Below are positions 1 to 10,713 of a stretch of DNA of 51,659 nucleotides, piece after piece. The notes under the pieces were generated by a model that had not been told where the DNA came from, ran no database searches, and saw nothing but the letters and a program-made list of their open reading frames with translations. Where the stretch lies: positions 1-51,659 of the forward strand of contig JAODMI010000115.1 in assembly GCA_025464755.1 (NCBI GenBank). The letters are read 5' to 3'. Within the stretch, counting starts at the first letter, position 1, and each line of letters opens with the position of its first letter. A program made the position numbers and the translations under genes. The DNA comes from Homoserinimonas sp. (GTDB taxonomy: Bacteria; Actinomycetota; Actinomycetes; Actinomycetales; Microbacteriaceae).

Positions 1-236
1 CCATCGTGCGGGATGGCAGCCATGGATGTCTGCCAAAATGCATCGAGAAATGGAAGTCCGGCAGGCGCAGCCGCAGCGAAGAAACGTGCGCGATGCAGAT
101 CGAGTCCGCGAGTGGTTCCCTCGGTTACCAACCACGAATCGGCCGCGAGGACCGCGGGGACTGTCGGGTCGCAAAAATTGAGGGCCACAAGCTTGCCGCC
201 TTGCCAGCGATAGCGTGCGGATCCGGTATTGGTCAT
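1..236 (-). CDS. partial CDS (N-terminal 78 codons, continues past the left window edge); hypothetical protein, possibly class-IV aminotransferase/ADC-lyase-like
   Basis: Minus-strand ATG at 236-234 opens a stop-free frame to the window edge (MTNTGSARYRWQGGKLVALNFCDPTVPAVLAADSWLVTEGTTRGLDLHRARFF...). It is absent from the ORF track because it has no stop inside the window. It is divergent from the SGNH hydrolase gene. The product guess is from memory of similar N-termini only. Confidence 0.4.
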   Translation of the reverse strand, partial: MTNTGSARYRWQGGKLVALNFCDPTVPAVLAADSWLVTEGTTRGLDLHRARFFAAAAPAGLPFLDAFWQTSMAAIPHD

Positions 237-299
237 AGACCTCAGATTATGTGCTGGAGGGTTACCGCTCGTCACGCCACCTAGTGTGGAGTGGTGACG

Positions 300-1064
300 A
301 TGCGATTTGTGGCCCTCGGCGACTCCTTCACTGAAGGCGTCGGCGACCCGGCCCCCACACTGCCCAACGGTGTGCGGGGGTGGGCAGACCGGGTAGCGGA
401 ACAGCTGGCTCTCGTCGACCCCCACGCCCTTTATGCCAACCTCGCCGTGCGAGGCAAGAAGCTGGGTCAGGTGATCGCGGAGCAGGTGGAACCGGCAATC
501 GCACTCCAACCGACGCTGGTCACCATCTATGCCGGAGGTAACGACATACTGCGACCGTCAATAGACATTGACCGCCTCGCCGTGGAGTACGACAAAACTG
601 TAGCCAGGATTGCTGCCACCGGTGCCACCGTCGCCCTGTTTACAGGATTCGACACTGCCAAGTCACCGGTTTTCAACAAGACACGTGGTCGCACGGCCAT
701 TTACAACGAGTTGCTTCGCGAGATTGCAGACAACCACTCCGCCCTGATCATCGACTACTGGCGATTCGCTGAATACAACGATCCGCGGATGTGGGATGTG
801 GACCGGTTGCATATGTCATCGATCGGCCACAAGCGGATGGCTGTCCGAGTGCTGGAAACGCTGCGATCAGAGCATGTGATCCAGTCGGAAGAGCTGGGTC
901 CGCTGCCTTTAGTAGGTCGACGCAAGGCCTTCCGCTCGAATGTGGCGTGGGCGAAAGAATACGTTGGTCCGTGGATCGGCAGGCGGATACGGGGCACATC
1001 ATCCGGAGACAGTTTGACCGCTCGCTGGCCAGAGCTCCGGCCGGTCCTCAGCACCCTTCCGTGA
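300..1064 (+). CDS. SGNH/GDSL-family hydrolase (lipase/esterase-like)
   Basis: Shows GDSFTEG (catalytic Ser block), GGND block and C-terminal DRLH block. ATG 300 lies 8 nt after GGAG. The ORF-track start at 291 is an in-frame GTG with no RBS spacing. Confidence 0.85.
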   Translation: MRFVALGDSFTEGVGDPAPTLPNGVRGWADRVAEQLALVDPHALYANLAVRGKKLGQVIAEQVEPAIALQPTLVTIYAGGNDILRPSIDIDRLAVEYDKTVARIAATGATVALFTGFDTAKSPVFNKTRGRTAIYNELLREIADNHSALIIDYWRFAEYNDPRMWDVDRLHMSSIGHKRMAVRVLETLRSEHVIQSEELGPLPLVGRRKAFRSNVAWAKEYVGPWIGRRIRGTSSGDSLTARWPELRPVLSTLP

Positions 1065-1177
1065 GCGTTAATAAGCGGGGCCGCGGCACACCCCTCCTAT
1101 TGAGTATTCTGGTGGGCGGACCGCTCGCCGTCATTTCGACGCGCACTGTGACAGCGAGTCCACTTCCTCGGTAAGAA

Positions 1178-3757
1178 TTGAGATTTCCCTTGGCATACGA
1201 GCACGCAGACGACGACGCGAACGAATACAACATCGGTCGTATCCAGAACAAGTGGCAGGCCGTCTGGGATGAACTCAAGCCGTTCAGCACGGGCAACCTC
1301 GAGGACAAGCGTCCGCGCAAGTATGTGCTCGACATGTTTCCCTACCCGTCGGGCGATCTTCACATGGGTCACGCGGAGGCCTACGCCTTGGGCGACGTTG
1401 TCGCGCGCTACTGGCGGCAACAGGGTTTTAATGTCCTTCACCCCATCGGGTGGGACTCGTTCGGGCTCCCGGCAGAAAACGCCGCGATCAAACGCGGTAT
1501 TGACCCGCGCGCGTGGACGTACGCGAACATCGAACAGCAAAAGCGCAGCATGAAGCTTTACGCGGCGTCTTTTGACTGGGACCGCGTCCTTCACACCAGC
1601 GACCCCGAGTACTACAAGTGGAACCAGTGGCTGTTTCTCAAAATGTATGAAAAGGGCCTCGCCTACCGCAAGGCAAGTTGGGTCAACTGGTGCCCGAACG
1701 ATCAGACTGTGCTCGCCAATGAACAGGTTGTTGACGGCACCTGTGACCGTTGCGGCGCTACCGTCGAGAAGAAGAAGCTCACACAGTGGTACTTCAAGAT
1801 CACCGATTACGCCGATCGCCTGCTCGATGACCTGAACCAGCTCGAGGGCTCGTGGCCTGCCAAGGTGCTCACCATGCAGCGCAACTGGATCGGCCGTTCC
1901 GTCGGCGCGGACGTCGACTTTGAGATTGAGGGCCGGGACGAAGCTGTCACCGTCTTTACCACCCGCCCAGACACCCTCTACGGCGTGACCTTCATGGTCG
2001 TTGCCCCTGATTCAGATTTGGCGGCGGAGCTGGTTTCCAATGCTGACGCAGAAGCTCGGGCGAATTTTCAGGAATACCTGACGCTGGTGCAGAAGAAGTC
2101 GGAAATAGACCGGCAGGATGCGACCCGCGAGAAGACAGGAGTCTTCCTCGGGCGTTACGCGATCAATCCCGTCAACGGCGAGCGACTGCAGATCTGGGCA
2201 GCAGACTACGTGCTGGCCGATTACGGTCATGGCGCGATCATGGCTGTGCCAGCCCACGACCAGCGGGACCTCGATTTTGCCAAAAAATTTGGGCTGCCGG
2301 TGCGCGTTGTTGTAGACGTGAATGCACCCATCACCGGGGGACTCCCGGTGCTCGACATCGACCCAGAAACTGGCGAAGCGATTCTGCCGGATGACCTCCC
2401 GCCCCTGGACCCAGCCGAGACCGGTGTGGCCCTCATCGGGGAAGGTCGGATGCTGAACTCGGGCCCGCTGGATGGTTTGAGTAAAAGCACCGCCATCAAA
2501 CGAGTCGTCGAGCAGCTCACCGCTTCAGGTAAAGGACGCTCCTCAAAGAACTACCGTCTTCGAGACTGGCTGATCTCACGCCAGCGTTATTGGGGCACTC
2601 CGATCCCAATCATCCATGGTGACAACGGCGAGCTGATCCCCGTGCCTGAAGATCAACTGCCGGTCGTGTTGCCGTCGAGTGAAGGGCTCGACCTCAAGCC
2701 AAAGGGTTCCTCACCGCTCGGCGCGGCCGCAGAGTGGGTGAACGTAGCCAACCCGATCGACGGAACACCGGCCAAACGCGATGCCGACACCATGGATACC
2801 TTCGTGGATAGTTCCTGGTACTTCTTGCGCTTCCTCAATCCCACGGACGACACCCAGGCCTTCGACCCTCGGGAGGCCGAGAAGTGGGCGCCCGTCGACC
2901 AATATGTGGGTGGGGTGACACACGCGATCCTGCACCTGCTGTACGCGCGTTTCATCACCAAAGTGCTCTTCGACCTCGGCTATGTCAGCTTCACGGAACC
3001 GTTTAGCGCACTGTTGAACCAGGGCATGGTGCTCATGGATGGCACCGCGATGAGCAAGTCAAAAGGCAACATCGTGCAGCTTACAGATCAGTTGGACGAG
3101 CACGGTGTAGACGCAGTGCGTCTCACCATGGCGTTCGCTGGCCCGCCGGAAGACGACATCGATTGGGCGGATGTCTCTCCGGCCGCCTCTGCGAAGTTTC
3201 TGGCTCGAGCCTGGCGCCTTGCCAGCGACGTGACAAGCAAGCCAGAGATCGAGTGGAAGACCGGCGATCAGGCACTGCGTCGGGTCACGCACCGTTTTCT
3301 GGCCGACGCACCCGCCCTCACCGAGTCATTCAAGTTCAACGTTGTGGTAGCGCGCATCATGGAGCTGGTCAACGTGACTCGTAAGGCCATCGACACCGGG
3401 GTGGGTGGCGGCGATGCTGCGGTGCGCGAGGCGACCGAAACCGTTGCCTTGGCACTCAGTTTGTTCGCACCGTACACGGCGGAGGAGATGTGGGAGAAGC
3501 TCGGGTACCCGGCACCCGTCGCCCTTTTCGGTTGGCGCAAGGCAGATCCGCTTCTTCTTGTAGAGACCTCAGTCACAGCGGTCGTGCAGGTGAACGGTAA
3601 AGTGCGGGATCGCCTCGAGGTCAGCCCCAGTATCGACCCGGATGAGCTGGAGCGTCTGGCCCGTGGCTCGGCTGCCGTCATCCGTGCTGTCGGCGACAAG
3701 GAGATTGTTAACGTCGTTGTGCGCGCACCGCGGGTGGTCAGCATCGCCACCCGCTGA
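1178..3757 (+). CDS. leuS: leucine--tRNA ligase
   Basis: 859 aa with a class-I HIGH-type motif ([11 protein letters not shown]), a KMSKS-type motif (AMSKSKGN) and a large CP1 editing insertion. The TTG start at 1178 is approximate. Confidence 0.95.
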   Translation: MRFPLAYEHADDDANEYNIGRIQNKWQAVWDELKPFSTGNLEDKRPRKYVLDMFPYPSGDLHMGHAEAYALGDVVARYWRQQGFNVLHPIGWDSFGLPAENAAIKRGIDPRAWTYANIEQQKRSMKLYAASFDWDRVLHTSDPEYYKWNQWLFLKMYEKGLAYRKASWVNWCPNDQTVLANEQVVDGTCDRCGATVEKKKLTQWYFKITDYADRLLDDLNQLEGSWPAKVLTMQRNWIGRSVGADVDFEIEGRDEAVTVFTTRPDTLYGVTFMVVAPDSDLAAELVSNADAEARANFQEYLTLVQKKSEIDRQDATREKTGVFLGRYAINPVNGERLQIWAADYVLADYGHGAIMAVPAHDQRDLDFAKKFGLPVRVVVDVNAPITGGLPVLDIDPETGEAILPDDLPPLDPAETGVALIGEGRMLNSGPLDGLSKSTAIKRVVEQLTASGKGRSSKNYRLRDWLISRQRYWGTPIPIIHGDNGELIPVPEDQLPVVLPSSEGLDLKPKGSSPLGAAAEWVNVANPIDGTPAKRDADTMDTFVDSSWYFLRFLNPTDDTQAFDPREAEKWAPVDQYVGGVTHAILHLLYARFITKVLFDLGYVSFTEPFSALLNQGMVLMDGTAMSKSKGNIVQLTDQLDEHGVDAVRLTMAFAGPPEDDIDWADVSPAASAKFLARAWRLASDVTSKPEIEWKTGDQALRRVTHRFLADAPALTESFKFNVVVARIMELVNVTRKAIDTGVGGGDAAVREATETVALALSLFAPYTAEEMWEKLGYPAPVALFGWRKADPLLLVETSVTAVVQVNGKVRDRLEVSPSIDPDELERLARGSAAVIRAVGDKEIVNVVVRAPRVVSIATR

Positions 3758-3924
3758 CGGTCCGCACTGTCTGAACCCGGTTGCGGTGTGAGCGGCCGTT
3801 CCGGTGGAGTGTGCCTCGGGCCGCGCACCCAACGACCACTCCTCCCCGCGTGCTCAAAGTGTTCGGAATTAACAGGTTCGGGCGTTCAGGTTACCGAATG
3901 ATTCGAGCGTCCTAGCCTTTCCCG

Positions 3925-4530
3925 ATGGATGCGTCGGACCGAGTGGTCGTGTCGCCGACCAGCCGAGTGAAAATTCGGTTGGGAGCGGCAGTGGTGCTTT
4001 TCTTTGTGGCTGTGGCTATAGCCGTTGCGATTTCTGCACTGGGCCCGCACGGGACGACGAAGATGGTTGCGCCCGCGCCCGAGTCGACCACCGCCGCAGC
4101 CCCCACCGCGGTGACAATCTTCGTACACGTTCTCGGAGCTGTGACCCAGCCGGGCCTGTACGAGCTTGGCGAAAACGCCCGAACTGTCGACGCAATAGCC
4201 GCTGCTGGCGGTTTCACCGACACCGCAGACGAGTCGCAGCTCAACCTGGCAAGGTTCGTTAGCGACGGGGAACAAATCGCCATACCTGAGGTGGGTGAGG
4301 TAACCCAGATGCCCCCCACAGCGCCCGGGACGGGCGGGGGCAAGGTCAACCTCAACACTGCAGATGCTGCGACGCTGGAAACTCTTCCTCGTGTCGGTCC
4401 GACGATGTCGGCCCGAATCATCGACTGGCGTACCGCCAATGGGCGCTTCACTGCCATAGACGATTTGACAAGCATCACCGGAATTGGTGAGAAGACGTAC
4501 GTCGCGCTGAAAGATCTGGTCACAGTATGA
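3925..4530 (+). CDS. comEA: ComEA-family DNA-binding competence protein (helix-hairpin-helix)
   Basis: N-terminal TM segment, SLBB-like core (IFVHVLGAVTQPGLYEL) and C-terminal tandem HhH (LNTADAATLETLPRVGP...ITGIGEKT). It lies directly upstream of comEC. Confidence 0.85.
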   Translation: MDASDRVVVSPTSRVKIRLGAAVVLFFVAVAIAVAISALGPHGTTKMVAPAPESTTAAAPTAVTIFVHVLGAVTQPGLYELGENARTVDAIAAAGGFTDTADESQLNLARFVSDGEQIAIPEVGEVTQMPPTAPGTGGGKVNLNTADAATLETLPRVGPTMSARIIDWRTANGRFTAIDDLTSITGIGEKTYVALKDLVTV

Positions 4531-6872
4531 GGGCAGACCTGAGATTAGCCGTCCCGGTTGGGGTTGCCTGGGCGTTCACTGCCGTGTTGATCGCGGTTCC
4601 CTCAGCCCTGCCGTTGAGTTCCGCGGTGTGCTGGGCGCTGGCAGGGATCGCGACGTGTGTCGCGGCGCGAATAAACGCCACAAGACCACGTGCGGAAAGG
4701 ATCCCTGCCGTGAACGCGGTCGCTTTGTGCCTTACTCTTTGCGGACTTCTCCTCTCCTCGGCAACCGTTCACGCCGCATGGCGCCAACCGCAGGTTCTCG
4801 TCGAAGCGGCAGAAGCCGGCCGATCTATCAGCGCGACCGGGGTTACTACGCAACCGGTGCACGAAGGCCAGCCGCGTTTTCGGGCGCTGCTTCATACGGT
4901 TGACATTGGCGGAATATCAACCGAGGTGTCGTTGCCTGTTCTCGTTTTCGGCTCCTTTGAAGATTCCGCGGACATCGGCATCGGTACCCGCGTTCAGCTC
5001 ACCGGGAGGCTGGCCGCTACTGCACCGCAAGATGCTGCGGCGTTCCTGATCTTCACGGACGGGAGCCCAGTCGTGACAAGTCCCCCTCCCGGCTACCTGG
5101 ATTGGGCCAATGACCTTCGTAGGACGTTCCTTGACGCAGCAATGGGCCTGCCAGGCGACGGGGGAGCGTTGCTACCCGGGCTAGCAATTGGCGACACGAC
5201 GGCGGTCAGTGATTCCCTTGACGAGTCGATGAAGGCGTCATCGTTGAGCCACCTCACCGCCGTTTCCGGTGCCAACTGTGCCGTCGTCATTGGGTTGGTC
5301 CTCTTGTGCGGCCGCGCCTTGGGGCTACCGCGTGGCTGGCGCATCGGGGCATCCCTATTTATCCTGCTCGCCTTTGTCACCCTTGTGACTCCGGAGCCGA
5401 GTGTGTTGCGCGCCGCCGTCATGGCAGCACTTGTCCTTCTCGCGATGGCAGTTGGCAGGCCGGTAAGCGGGGTACCGGTTCTCGCCCTCGCCGCCGTCGG
5501 CTTGCTGGCTTTCGACCCTTGGCTAGCGCGCAGTTACGGGTTCACGCTATCGGTGCTCGCCACCGCCGGCCTCCTGACACTTGCGGGTCCGCTTGCCCGC
5601 AAACTTGGTCGCTGGCTGCCGTACCCGATCGCGGTCGCCATCTCAGTGCCCCTTGCCGCTCAGTTGGCGTGCCAGCCTGTGCTGATTTTGCTGAACCCGT
5701 CCCTCCCGACGTACGGTGTGATCGCGAACGTCCTTGCGGGGCCGGCAGCTCCGGTTGCGACCATAGCCGGACTCATTGCCTGTCTGATCCTCCCGGCGCT
5801 TCCCATGGCCGGAATGATGATCGCCCATATCGCCTGGCTGCCATCGGCATGGATTGCCGGTGTTGCTACCTTTTTCAGCCGCCTGCCCGGCGCGAGCCTT
5901 CCGTGGCCTGGCGGTGGGGCCGGGGTAATGCTCCTGCTGACAGCCGCCACCATAATGCTGCTTGTCGTTCTGCGTCCTGCTTTTCTGTCACACAGCATGC
6001 GCCGTGTGGCCGCGTTTGTGTTGGCCGCCGGGTGCGCCGTCTACTTCGGATCCGTGGGTGGCGAGCAGTTACGCCGACGCCTGTCGCCGCCAACCGATTG
6101 GAACATCGCATCCTGTGACGTTGGTCAGGGCGACGCCATTCTGGTGCGCAGCGCCGGTGCTGTTGCCCTCATAGACACGGGCCCAGATCCCGAACTGCTG
6201 TCTTACTGTCTCAGCACCTTGGGCGTCAACCACCTCGATCTGCTCGTGTTGACCCACTTCGATGCCGATCATGTTGGCGGAGCATCTGCCGTTCTTGGGC
6301 AGCCAGCCCATGTTCTTGCCGGGCCCAGCAGCGAGCCGGCAGACGAACTCTTGCTCAGCACATTTGCGCAGGCTGGCGCACTCATTGACCGGCCCTCGCG
6401 TGGACACAGTGGTGAGCTGGGCGAGCTGCGTTGGCGCGTTCTGTGGCCGCCTGCAAAGCTCATCGGGGTTGTGCCCGGCAATCAGGCGAGCGTCGCCATG
6501 TCGTTTCGGGGCGTGGAAGGGTGCGGTAACGCGTGCATCGGATCGGTGTTTTTAGGTGACTTGGGTGAGCAGTCCCAGTCGATGCTGCTTGCCACCAATC
6601 CGCTCGGCGCAGTCGACGTTGTCCACGTCTCGCATCACGGCTCGGCCGATCAGGACGCACGGCTTTACACGCGACTGGATGCCGCAATCGGCCTCATCGG
6701 CGTCGGGGCAGAAAACCGTTATGGCCATCCGAGCGCCGATATCCTGCACACCCTTGCCGGGATCGGAACCACGGTCGCCCGCACCGACCATAACGGTATG
6801 GCCTTGGTATCGTCCACAGTCCGCGGCGTAGAGCTGTGGACGGAGCGCAACGCTGCTACCCCACCCGATTAG
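4527..6872 (+). CDS. comEC: ComEC/Rec2-family DNA internalisation channel with C-terminal metallo-beta-lactamase domain
   Basis: 781 aa polytopic membrane core plus MBL motifs (LTHFDADHVGG, HVSHHGS). ATGA start/stop overlap with comEA. Confidence 0.9.
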   Translation: MRADLRLAVPVGVAWAFTAVLIAVPSALPLSSAVCWALAGIATCVAARINATRPRAERIPAVNAVALCLTLCGLLLSSATVHAAWRQPQVLVEAAEAGRSISATGVTTQPVHEGQPRFRALLHTVDIGGISTEVSLPVLVFGSFEDSADIGIGTRVQLTGRLAATAPQDAAAFLIFTDGSPVVTSPPPGYLDWANDLRRTFLDAAMGLPGDGGALLPGLAIGDTTAVSDSLDESMKASSLSHLTAVSGANCAVVIGLVLLCGRALGLPRGWRIGASLFILLAFVTLVTPEPSVLRAAVMAALVLLAMAVGRPVSGVPVLALAAVGLLAFDPWLARSYGFTLSVLATAGLLTLAGPLARKLGRWLPYPIAVAISVPLAAQLACQPVLILLNPSLPTYGVIANVLAGPAAPVATIAGLIACLILPALPMAGMMIAHIAWLPSAWIAGVATFFSRLPGASLPWPGGGAGVMLLLTAATIMLLVVLRPAFLSHSMRRVAAFVLAAGCAVYFGSVGGEQLRRRLSPPTDWNIASCDVGQGDAILVRSAGAVALIDTGPDPELLSYCLSTLGVNHLDLLVLTHFDADHVGGASAVLGQPAHVLAGPSSEPADELLLSTFAQAGALIDRPSRGHSGELGELRWRVLWPPAKLIGVVPGNQASVAMSFRGVEGCGNACIGSVFLGDLGEQSQSMLLATNPLGAVDVVHVSHHGSADQDARLYTRLDAAIGLIGVGAENRYGHPSADILHTLAGIGTTVARTDHNGMALVSSTVRGVELWTERNAATPPD

Positions 6873-6927
6873 GCTTGTGAGGTTCCCGTGTCGCTCAAGA
6901 CCTTGGAATGCGAACGTGAGGAGAGCC

Positions 6928-7953
6928 GTGGCCGTCAGGTCCAAAGCCGGGAGCAGCCCGGCTAAAGCATCGGCGATTCCGCAATTGAGCTGGTCCAAGA
7001 TTCGACCCGCTCGCGTGGTTCTGGTTTCCGGACCCGAGGACTTCCTCGCCGATCGCGCCATACGCGTTCTACGCGACACTCTGCGACTGGAAGATCCCAG
7101 CCTTGAAGTGCATGATTTGGAGGCGGACACCTACGCACCCGGTGAGCTCATCACGCTGGCGAGCCCGTCGCTGTTCGGCGAACCTCGCCTGATTCGCGTC
7201 ACGCGAGTTGAGAAGTGCAGTGATGCCTTCCTGAGCGAAGTCATGCAATATTTGGAGCATCCTGCCGATGACACGTACCTCGTGTTGCGACACGGAGGGG
7301 GAGTGCGCGGCAAAAAACTTCTGGATGCCATCCGTGGGGGGCTTGGCAACGGCATCGAGGTGCCCTGCACTGAGCTGAAGAAAGAGACAGACAAGCTCGA
7401 TTTCGCCACAGCGGAATTCGCTACGGCAGGCCGACGCGTCAGTGGCGGGGCGCTGCGGGCGTTGGTGGCTGCCTTCTCCGACGATCTTGCTGAGCTGGCT
7501 GCTGCCTGCCAGCAATTGATCTCCGACGCGACGGCAGAAATTTCCGAAGCCACTGTGGAGAAATATTATTCCGGCCGGGTCGAGACCAACGCCTTCAAGG
7601 TGGCCGACATAGCAATTGCAGGACGCCACGGTGAGGCTCTGATTCTGTTACGTCATGCTTTGGCTTCCGGTGCGGATCCCGTGCCTATCGTGGCCGCCTT
7701 CGCGATGAAGATACGCACAATGGCGAAACTGTCTGGCCGGCGGGAAAACTCGGGACAGCTTGCCCAGCAGTTCGGCCTTGCCCCGTGGCAGGTCGACCGA
7801 GCGAAACGAGATCTGCAGGGATGGAACGATGCGGGCCTCGGGCGGTGCATCGAAATTCTGGCTGAGACGGACGCGGCGGTAAAGGGGGCCCAGCGCGATC
7901 CTGTGTTCGCACTCGAACGTCTTGTTTCTGTGATCAGTTCCCGCGGCGAATAA
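6928..7953 (+). CDS. holA: DNA polymerase III subunit delta
   Basis: Conserved comEC-holA-rpsT synteny and typical delta-subunit N-terminus (VVLVSGPEDFLADRA). GTG 6928 follows GAGGAG. Alternative in-frame starts are at 6877 and 6916. Confidence 0.85.
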   Translation: MAVRSKAGSSPAKASAIPQLSWSKIRPARVVLVSGPEDFLADRAIRVLRDTLRLEDPSLEVHDLEADTYAPGELITLASPSLFGEPRLIRVTRVEKCSDAFLSEVMQYLEHPADDTYLVLRHGGGVRGKKLLDAIRGGLGNGIEVPCTELKKETDKLDFATAEFATAGRRVSGGALRALVAAFSDDLAELAAACQQLISDATAEISEATVEKYYSGRVETNAFKVADIAIAGRHGEALILLRHALASGADPVPIVAAFAMKIRTMAKLSGRRENSGQLAQQFGLAPWQVDRAKRDLQGWNDAGLGRCIEILAETDAAVKGAQRDPVFALERLVSVISSRGE

Positions 7954-7988
7954 AATCGCACAGACAGTACCAAGTCACGACTACAGCC

Positions 7989-8028
7989 AAAAAAAGAACC
8001 CCGTCTCACCGAGACGGGGTTCTTCTTA
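7989..8028. terminator. bidirectional intrinsic terminator between convergent holA and rpsT
   Basis: Perfect 12-bp stem GAACCCCGTCTC / GAGACGGGGTTC (7996-8007 / 8011-8022) with a 3-nt loop. It is preceded by an A-run and followed by a T-rich run. Confidence 0.7.
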
Positions 8029-8039
8029 TGCGCTTGAGG

Positions 8040-8300
8040 TTAGAGCGAGCCAACCTGCTTGGCAATGGACGACTTCTTGTTAGCGGCCTGGTTCTTGTGG
8101 ATGACGCCCTTGCTGGCAGCCTTGTCCAGCTTCTTGGAAGCTACGACCAGAGCAGCGGCGGCCTTGTCTTTGTCACCAGCGGCAATTGCCTCGCGGGTGG
8201 CGCGAACGGCGGTCTTAACCTCGCTCCGAACTGCCTTGTTACGGTCAGTTGCCTTCTTGTTGGTAAGGATGCGCTTGATCTGCGACTTGATATTTGCCAC
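8040..8300 (-). CDS. rpsT: 30S ribosomal protein S20
   Basis: [33 protein letters not shown]... is a canonical S20 N-terminus. GTG at 8300-8298 lies 9 nt after GAAGG. The ORF-track start at 8330 adds 10 non-homologous residues. Confidence 0.95.
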   Translation of the reverse strand: MANIKSQIKRILTNKKATDRNKAVRSEVKTAVRATREAIAAGDKDKAAAALVVASKKLDKAASKGVIHKNQAANKKSSIAKQVGSL

Positions 8301-8620
8301 GTGTAATAACCTTCTATGTATTTCGAACAATGTTTGGCAGCCGTGACAATCTCCAGGAGATGAACATCACGAGAGCTGGATCGCGGCTGCAGTTCGCACT
8401 GCGATTCGAGAAGCCAAACCGTGTGCGCAAGCCAACACACAACAATACCAGTGATCGACCCGTTCTGGCAATCGACGCCGATCCGGCCCGCCTTGAGGTC
8501 AGCGTCGACGGCAACGCTTCCAGCAGAGTGGAACGGGGGCAGCAATCCGGGCAAAACCTGCGCAGGCCCAACAGCTGGTCACGGTGCACATTTCGGGGTG
8601 GGGCCGCCCGCGACATCCAT

Positions 8621-8710
8621 GAAAATTCAGGAATGTGGCGCCGCGCTGTGGGCAAAAGGCCCCGTGCTCGCGTAATGCAGCTGAAAGAGGCACAACGTTC
8701 CTGAGTTTTC
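8621..8710. repeat. copy A of the inverted 13-mer element (arms 8621-8633 GAAAATTCAGGAA and 8698-8710 TTCCTGAGTTTTC; 64-nt interior)
   Basis: Read directly from the sequence. It is intergenic, between divergent rpsT and lepA. Arm similarity extends outward on both sides (CGAC.ATCC.YGAAAA.TCAGGAA). Confidence 0.8.
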
Positions 8711-8859
8711 GGGGATGCGGTCGTCACAGCGCCATATGGGGTGGGCGTTCGGCGGCCCGCGAAAAGCCCCAGTGAGCGAACAATGACCGATGGGACGGCA
8801 TACGCGCCAGCCGTGGGACAATTGGTGCATTCCATTTTCAGTACCAGTAAGAGGATCGC

Positions 8860-10713
8860 GTGAGCCCCAGAGCACTGAAAGCGCTTGAGCCGGCGTCGAC
8901 CGACCCCGCATTCATCCGTAATTTCTGCATCATCGCCCATATCGACCACGGCAAGTCGACTCTGGCAGACCGCATGCTGCAGATCACCGGTGTCGTCAGC
9001 GACCGCGATATGCGCGCGCAATACCTCGACCGCATGGACATTGAGCGTGAGCGCGGCATCACAATCAAAAGCCAGGCCGTTCGGATGCCGTGGGAACTCG
9101 ATGGCCAAACTTATGCGCTGAACATGATCGATACACCCGGGCACGTCGACTTCACCTACGAGGTGTCGCGAAGCCTGGCCGCTTGTGAGGGCGCCATCTT
9201 GTTGGTTGACGCGGCGCAAGGCATCGAAGCGCAGACGCTCGCCAATCTCTACCTTGCGCTCGACAACGACCTCACAATCATCCCGGTGCTCAACAAAATT
9301 GACTTACCCGCGGCCGACCCAGAGAAGTACACCAAAGAAATTGTCGGACTCATCGGCTGTAAGCCCGAAGATATCTTGCAAGTTTCCGGTAAGACAGGTG
9401 TGGGGGTGCCGGAGCTGCTCGACCGGGCCACCCAGTTAATTCCCGCTCCGGTCGGGGATCCGGATGCGGCGGCCCGCGCCATGATTTTTGACTCCGTGTA
9501 TGACGCCTACCGTGGCGTCATCACCTACGTTCGCATGATCGACGGGCACCTCAAGCCGCGCGAGAAAATCATGATGATGAGCACCAAGAGCGCACACGAA
9601 GTGCTCGAGATCGGCGTGAGCTCCCCGGAACCGACCCAGACCAAAGGCCTCGGCGTTGGCGAAGTGGGCTACCTCATCACCGGTGTGAAAGATGTGCGGC
9701 TCAGCAAAGTTGGTGACACCGTAACCAGTTTCATGAAGCCTGCAACGGTGGCTTTAGCCGGATACACGGAGCCGAAGCCCATGGTTTTTTCGGGCCTTTA
9801 CCCCATTGACGGCTCCGATTACCCGGTACTGCGCGAAGCCCTGGACAAGCTGAAGCTTTCGGATGCTGCTCTGGTTTACGAACCGGAAACTTCCGTTGCC
9901 CTCGGGTTTGGGTTTCGCTGCGGGTTCCTCGGCCTCCTGCACCTGGAGATTGTCACCGAACGGTTGGAGCGCGAATTCGGGCTCGACCTGATCGCGACGG
10001 CGCCATCCGTTATCTACGAGGTGAAGACCGACGATAAAAAAACCACCATCGTTACCAACCCGAGTGAGTTCCCCGGCGGCAAGATCGCCAGCGTGCGTGA
10101 ACCGATCGTGAAAGCTTCCATCCTGACGCCGAAGGACTATGTCGGTACCGTGATGGAGCTCTGCCAGGGCCGCAGGGGCACCATGCAGGGGATGGAGTAC
10201 GTCGGAGAGGATCGTGTTGAACTGCACTACACGATGCCGCTCGGGGAGATCGTCTTCGACTTCTTTGACCATCTGAAGAGCCGCACCGCGGGTTACGCCT
10301 CGCTCGACTATGAGCCCATCGGCGACCAGGAAGCGGACCTCGTGAAGGTCGACATTCTGTTGCAGGGTGAGGCGGTTGACGCGTTCAGTGCCATTGTCCA
10401 CCGCGACAAGGCCTACGCCTACGGTGTTCTGATGACCGAGCGGCTGAAGAAGCTGATCCCGCGCCAACAGTTCGAAGTTCCCATTCAGGCTGCCATTGGT
10501 GCCCGCATCATCGCCCGCGAAAGCATCAGTGCGATGCGCAAAGACGTTCTTGCTAAATGCTACGGCGGTGATATCACGCGTAAGCGCAAGCTCCTCGAGA
10601 AGCAGAAAGAGGGCAAGAAGCGGATGAAGATGGTCGGACGCGTCGAGGTGCCCCAGGAGGCTTTTATCGCTGCCCTAAGCGGGGACACCGAAACGAAGAA
10701 GGAAAAGAACTAA
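8860..10713 (+). CDS. lepA: translation elongation factor 4 (LepA)
   Basis: GTPase motifs [14 protein letters not shown] and NKID plus a LepA-specific C-terminal domain. GTG start lies 5 nt after AAGAGGA. Confidence 0.97.
   Translation: MSPRALKALEPASTDPAFIRNFCIIAHIDHGKSTLADRMLQITGVVSDRDMRAQYLDRMDIERERGITIKSQAVRMPWELDGQTYALNMIDTPGHVDFTYEVSRSLAACEGAILLVDAAQGIEAQTLANLYLALDNDLTIIPVLNKIDLPAADPEKYTKEIVGLIGCKPEDILQVSGKTGVGVPELLDRATQLIPAPVGDPDAAARAMIFDSVYDAYRGVITYVRMIDGHLKPREKIMMMSTKSAHEVLEIGVSSPEPTQTKGLGVGEVGYLITGVKDVRLSKVGDTVTSFMKPATVALAGYTEPKPMVFSGLYPIDGSDYPVLREALDKLKLSDAALVYEPETSVALGFGFRCGFLGLLHLEIVTERLEREFGLDLIATAPSVIYEVKTDDKKTTIVTNPSEFPGGKIASVREPIVKASILTPKDYVGTVMELCQGRRGTMQGMEYVGEDRVELHYTMPLGEIVFDFFDHLKSRTAGYASLDYEPIGDQEADLVKVDILLQGEAVDAFSAIVHRDKAYAYGVLMTERLKKLIPRQQFEVPIQAAIGARIIARESISAMRKDVLAKCYGGDITRKRKLLEKQKEGKKRMKMVGRVEVPQEAFIAALSGDTETKKEKN

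Noticed and set aside
6-284. Plus-strand ORFs 6-284 and 13-213 at the left edge
   Set aside because: They are shadows of the minus-strand partial gene 1-236, and their composition and sequence do not look protein-like.
2071-2087. Arm-like sequence GAATTTTCAGGAATACC inside leuS
   Set aside because: It is shifted by one base relative to the arm consensus and lies in coding sequence (ANFQEYL). The only possible partner about 58 nt away shares just TTCCT. It is most likely chance.
3862-3898. Imperfect inverted repeat TTCGG(AAT)TAAC-N16-GTTACCGAA upstream of comEA, with faint similarity to the repeat arms (TTCGGAATT / TTCAGGTTA)
   Set aside because: Arm order and spacing are opposite to the six elements and the similarity is weak. 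It could be a comEA operator, but I have no support beyond the dyad.
8314-9219. 301-aa minus-strand ORF spanning the rpsT-lepA spacer and the first 360 nt of lepA; also 8294-8704 (+) and 8141-8554 (-)
   Set aside because: It is antisense or out of frame to unmistakable genes (lepA, rpsT), has Arg/Ala/Ser-rich low-complexity composition and shows no recognisable motif. These are typical shadow ORFs of GC-rich DNA.
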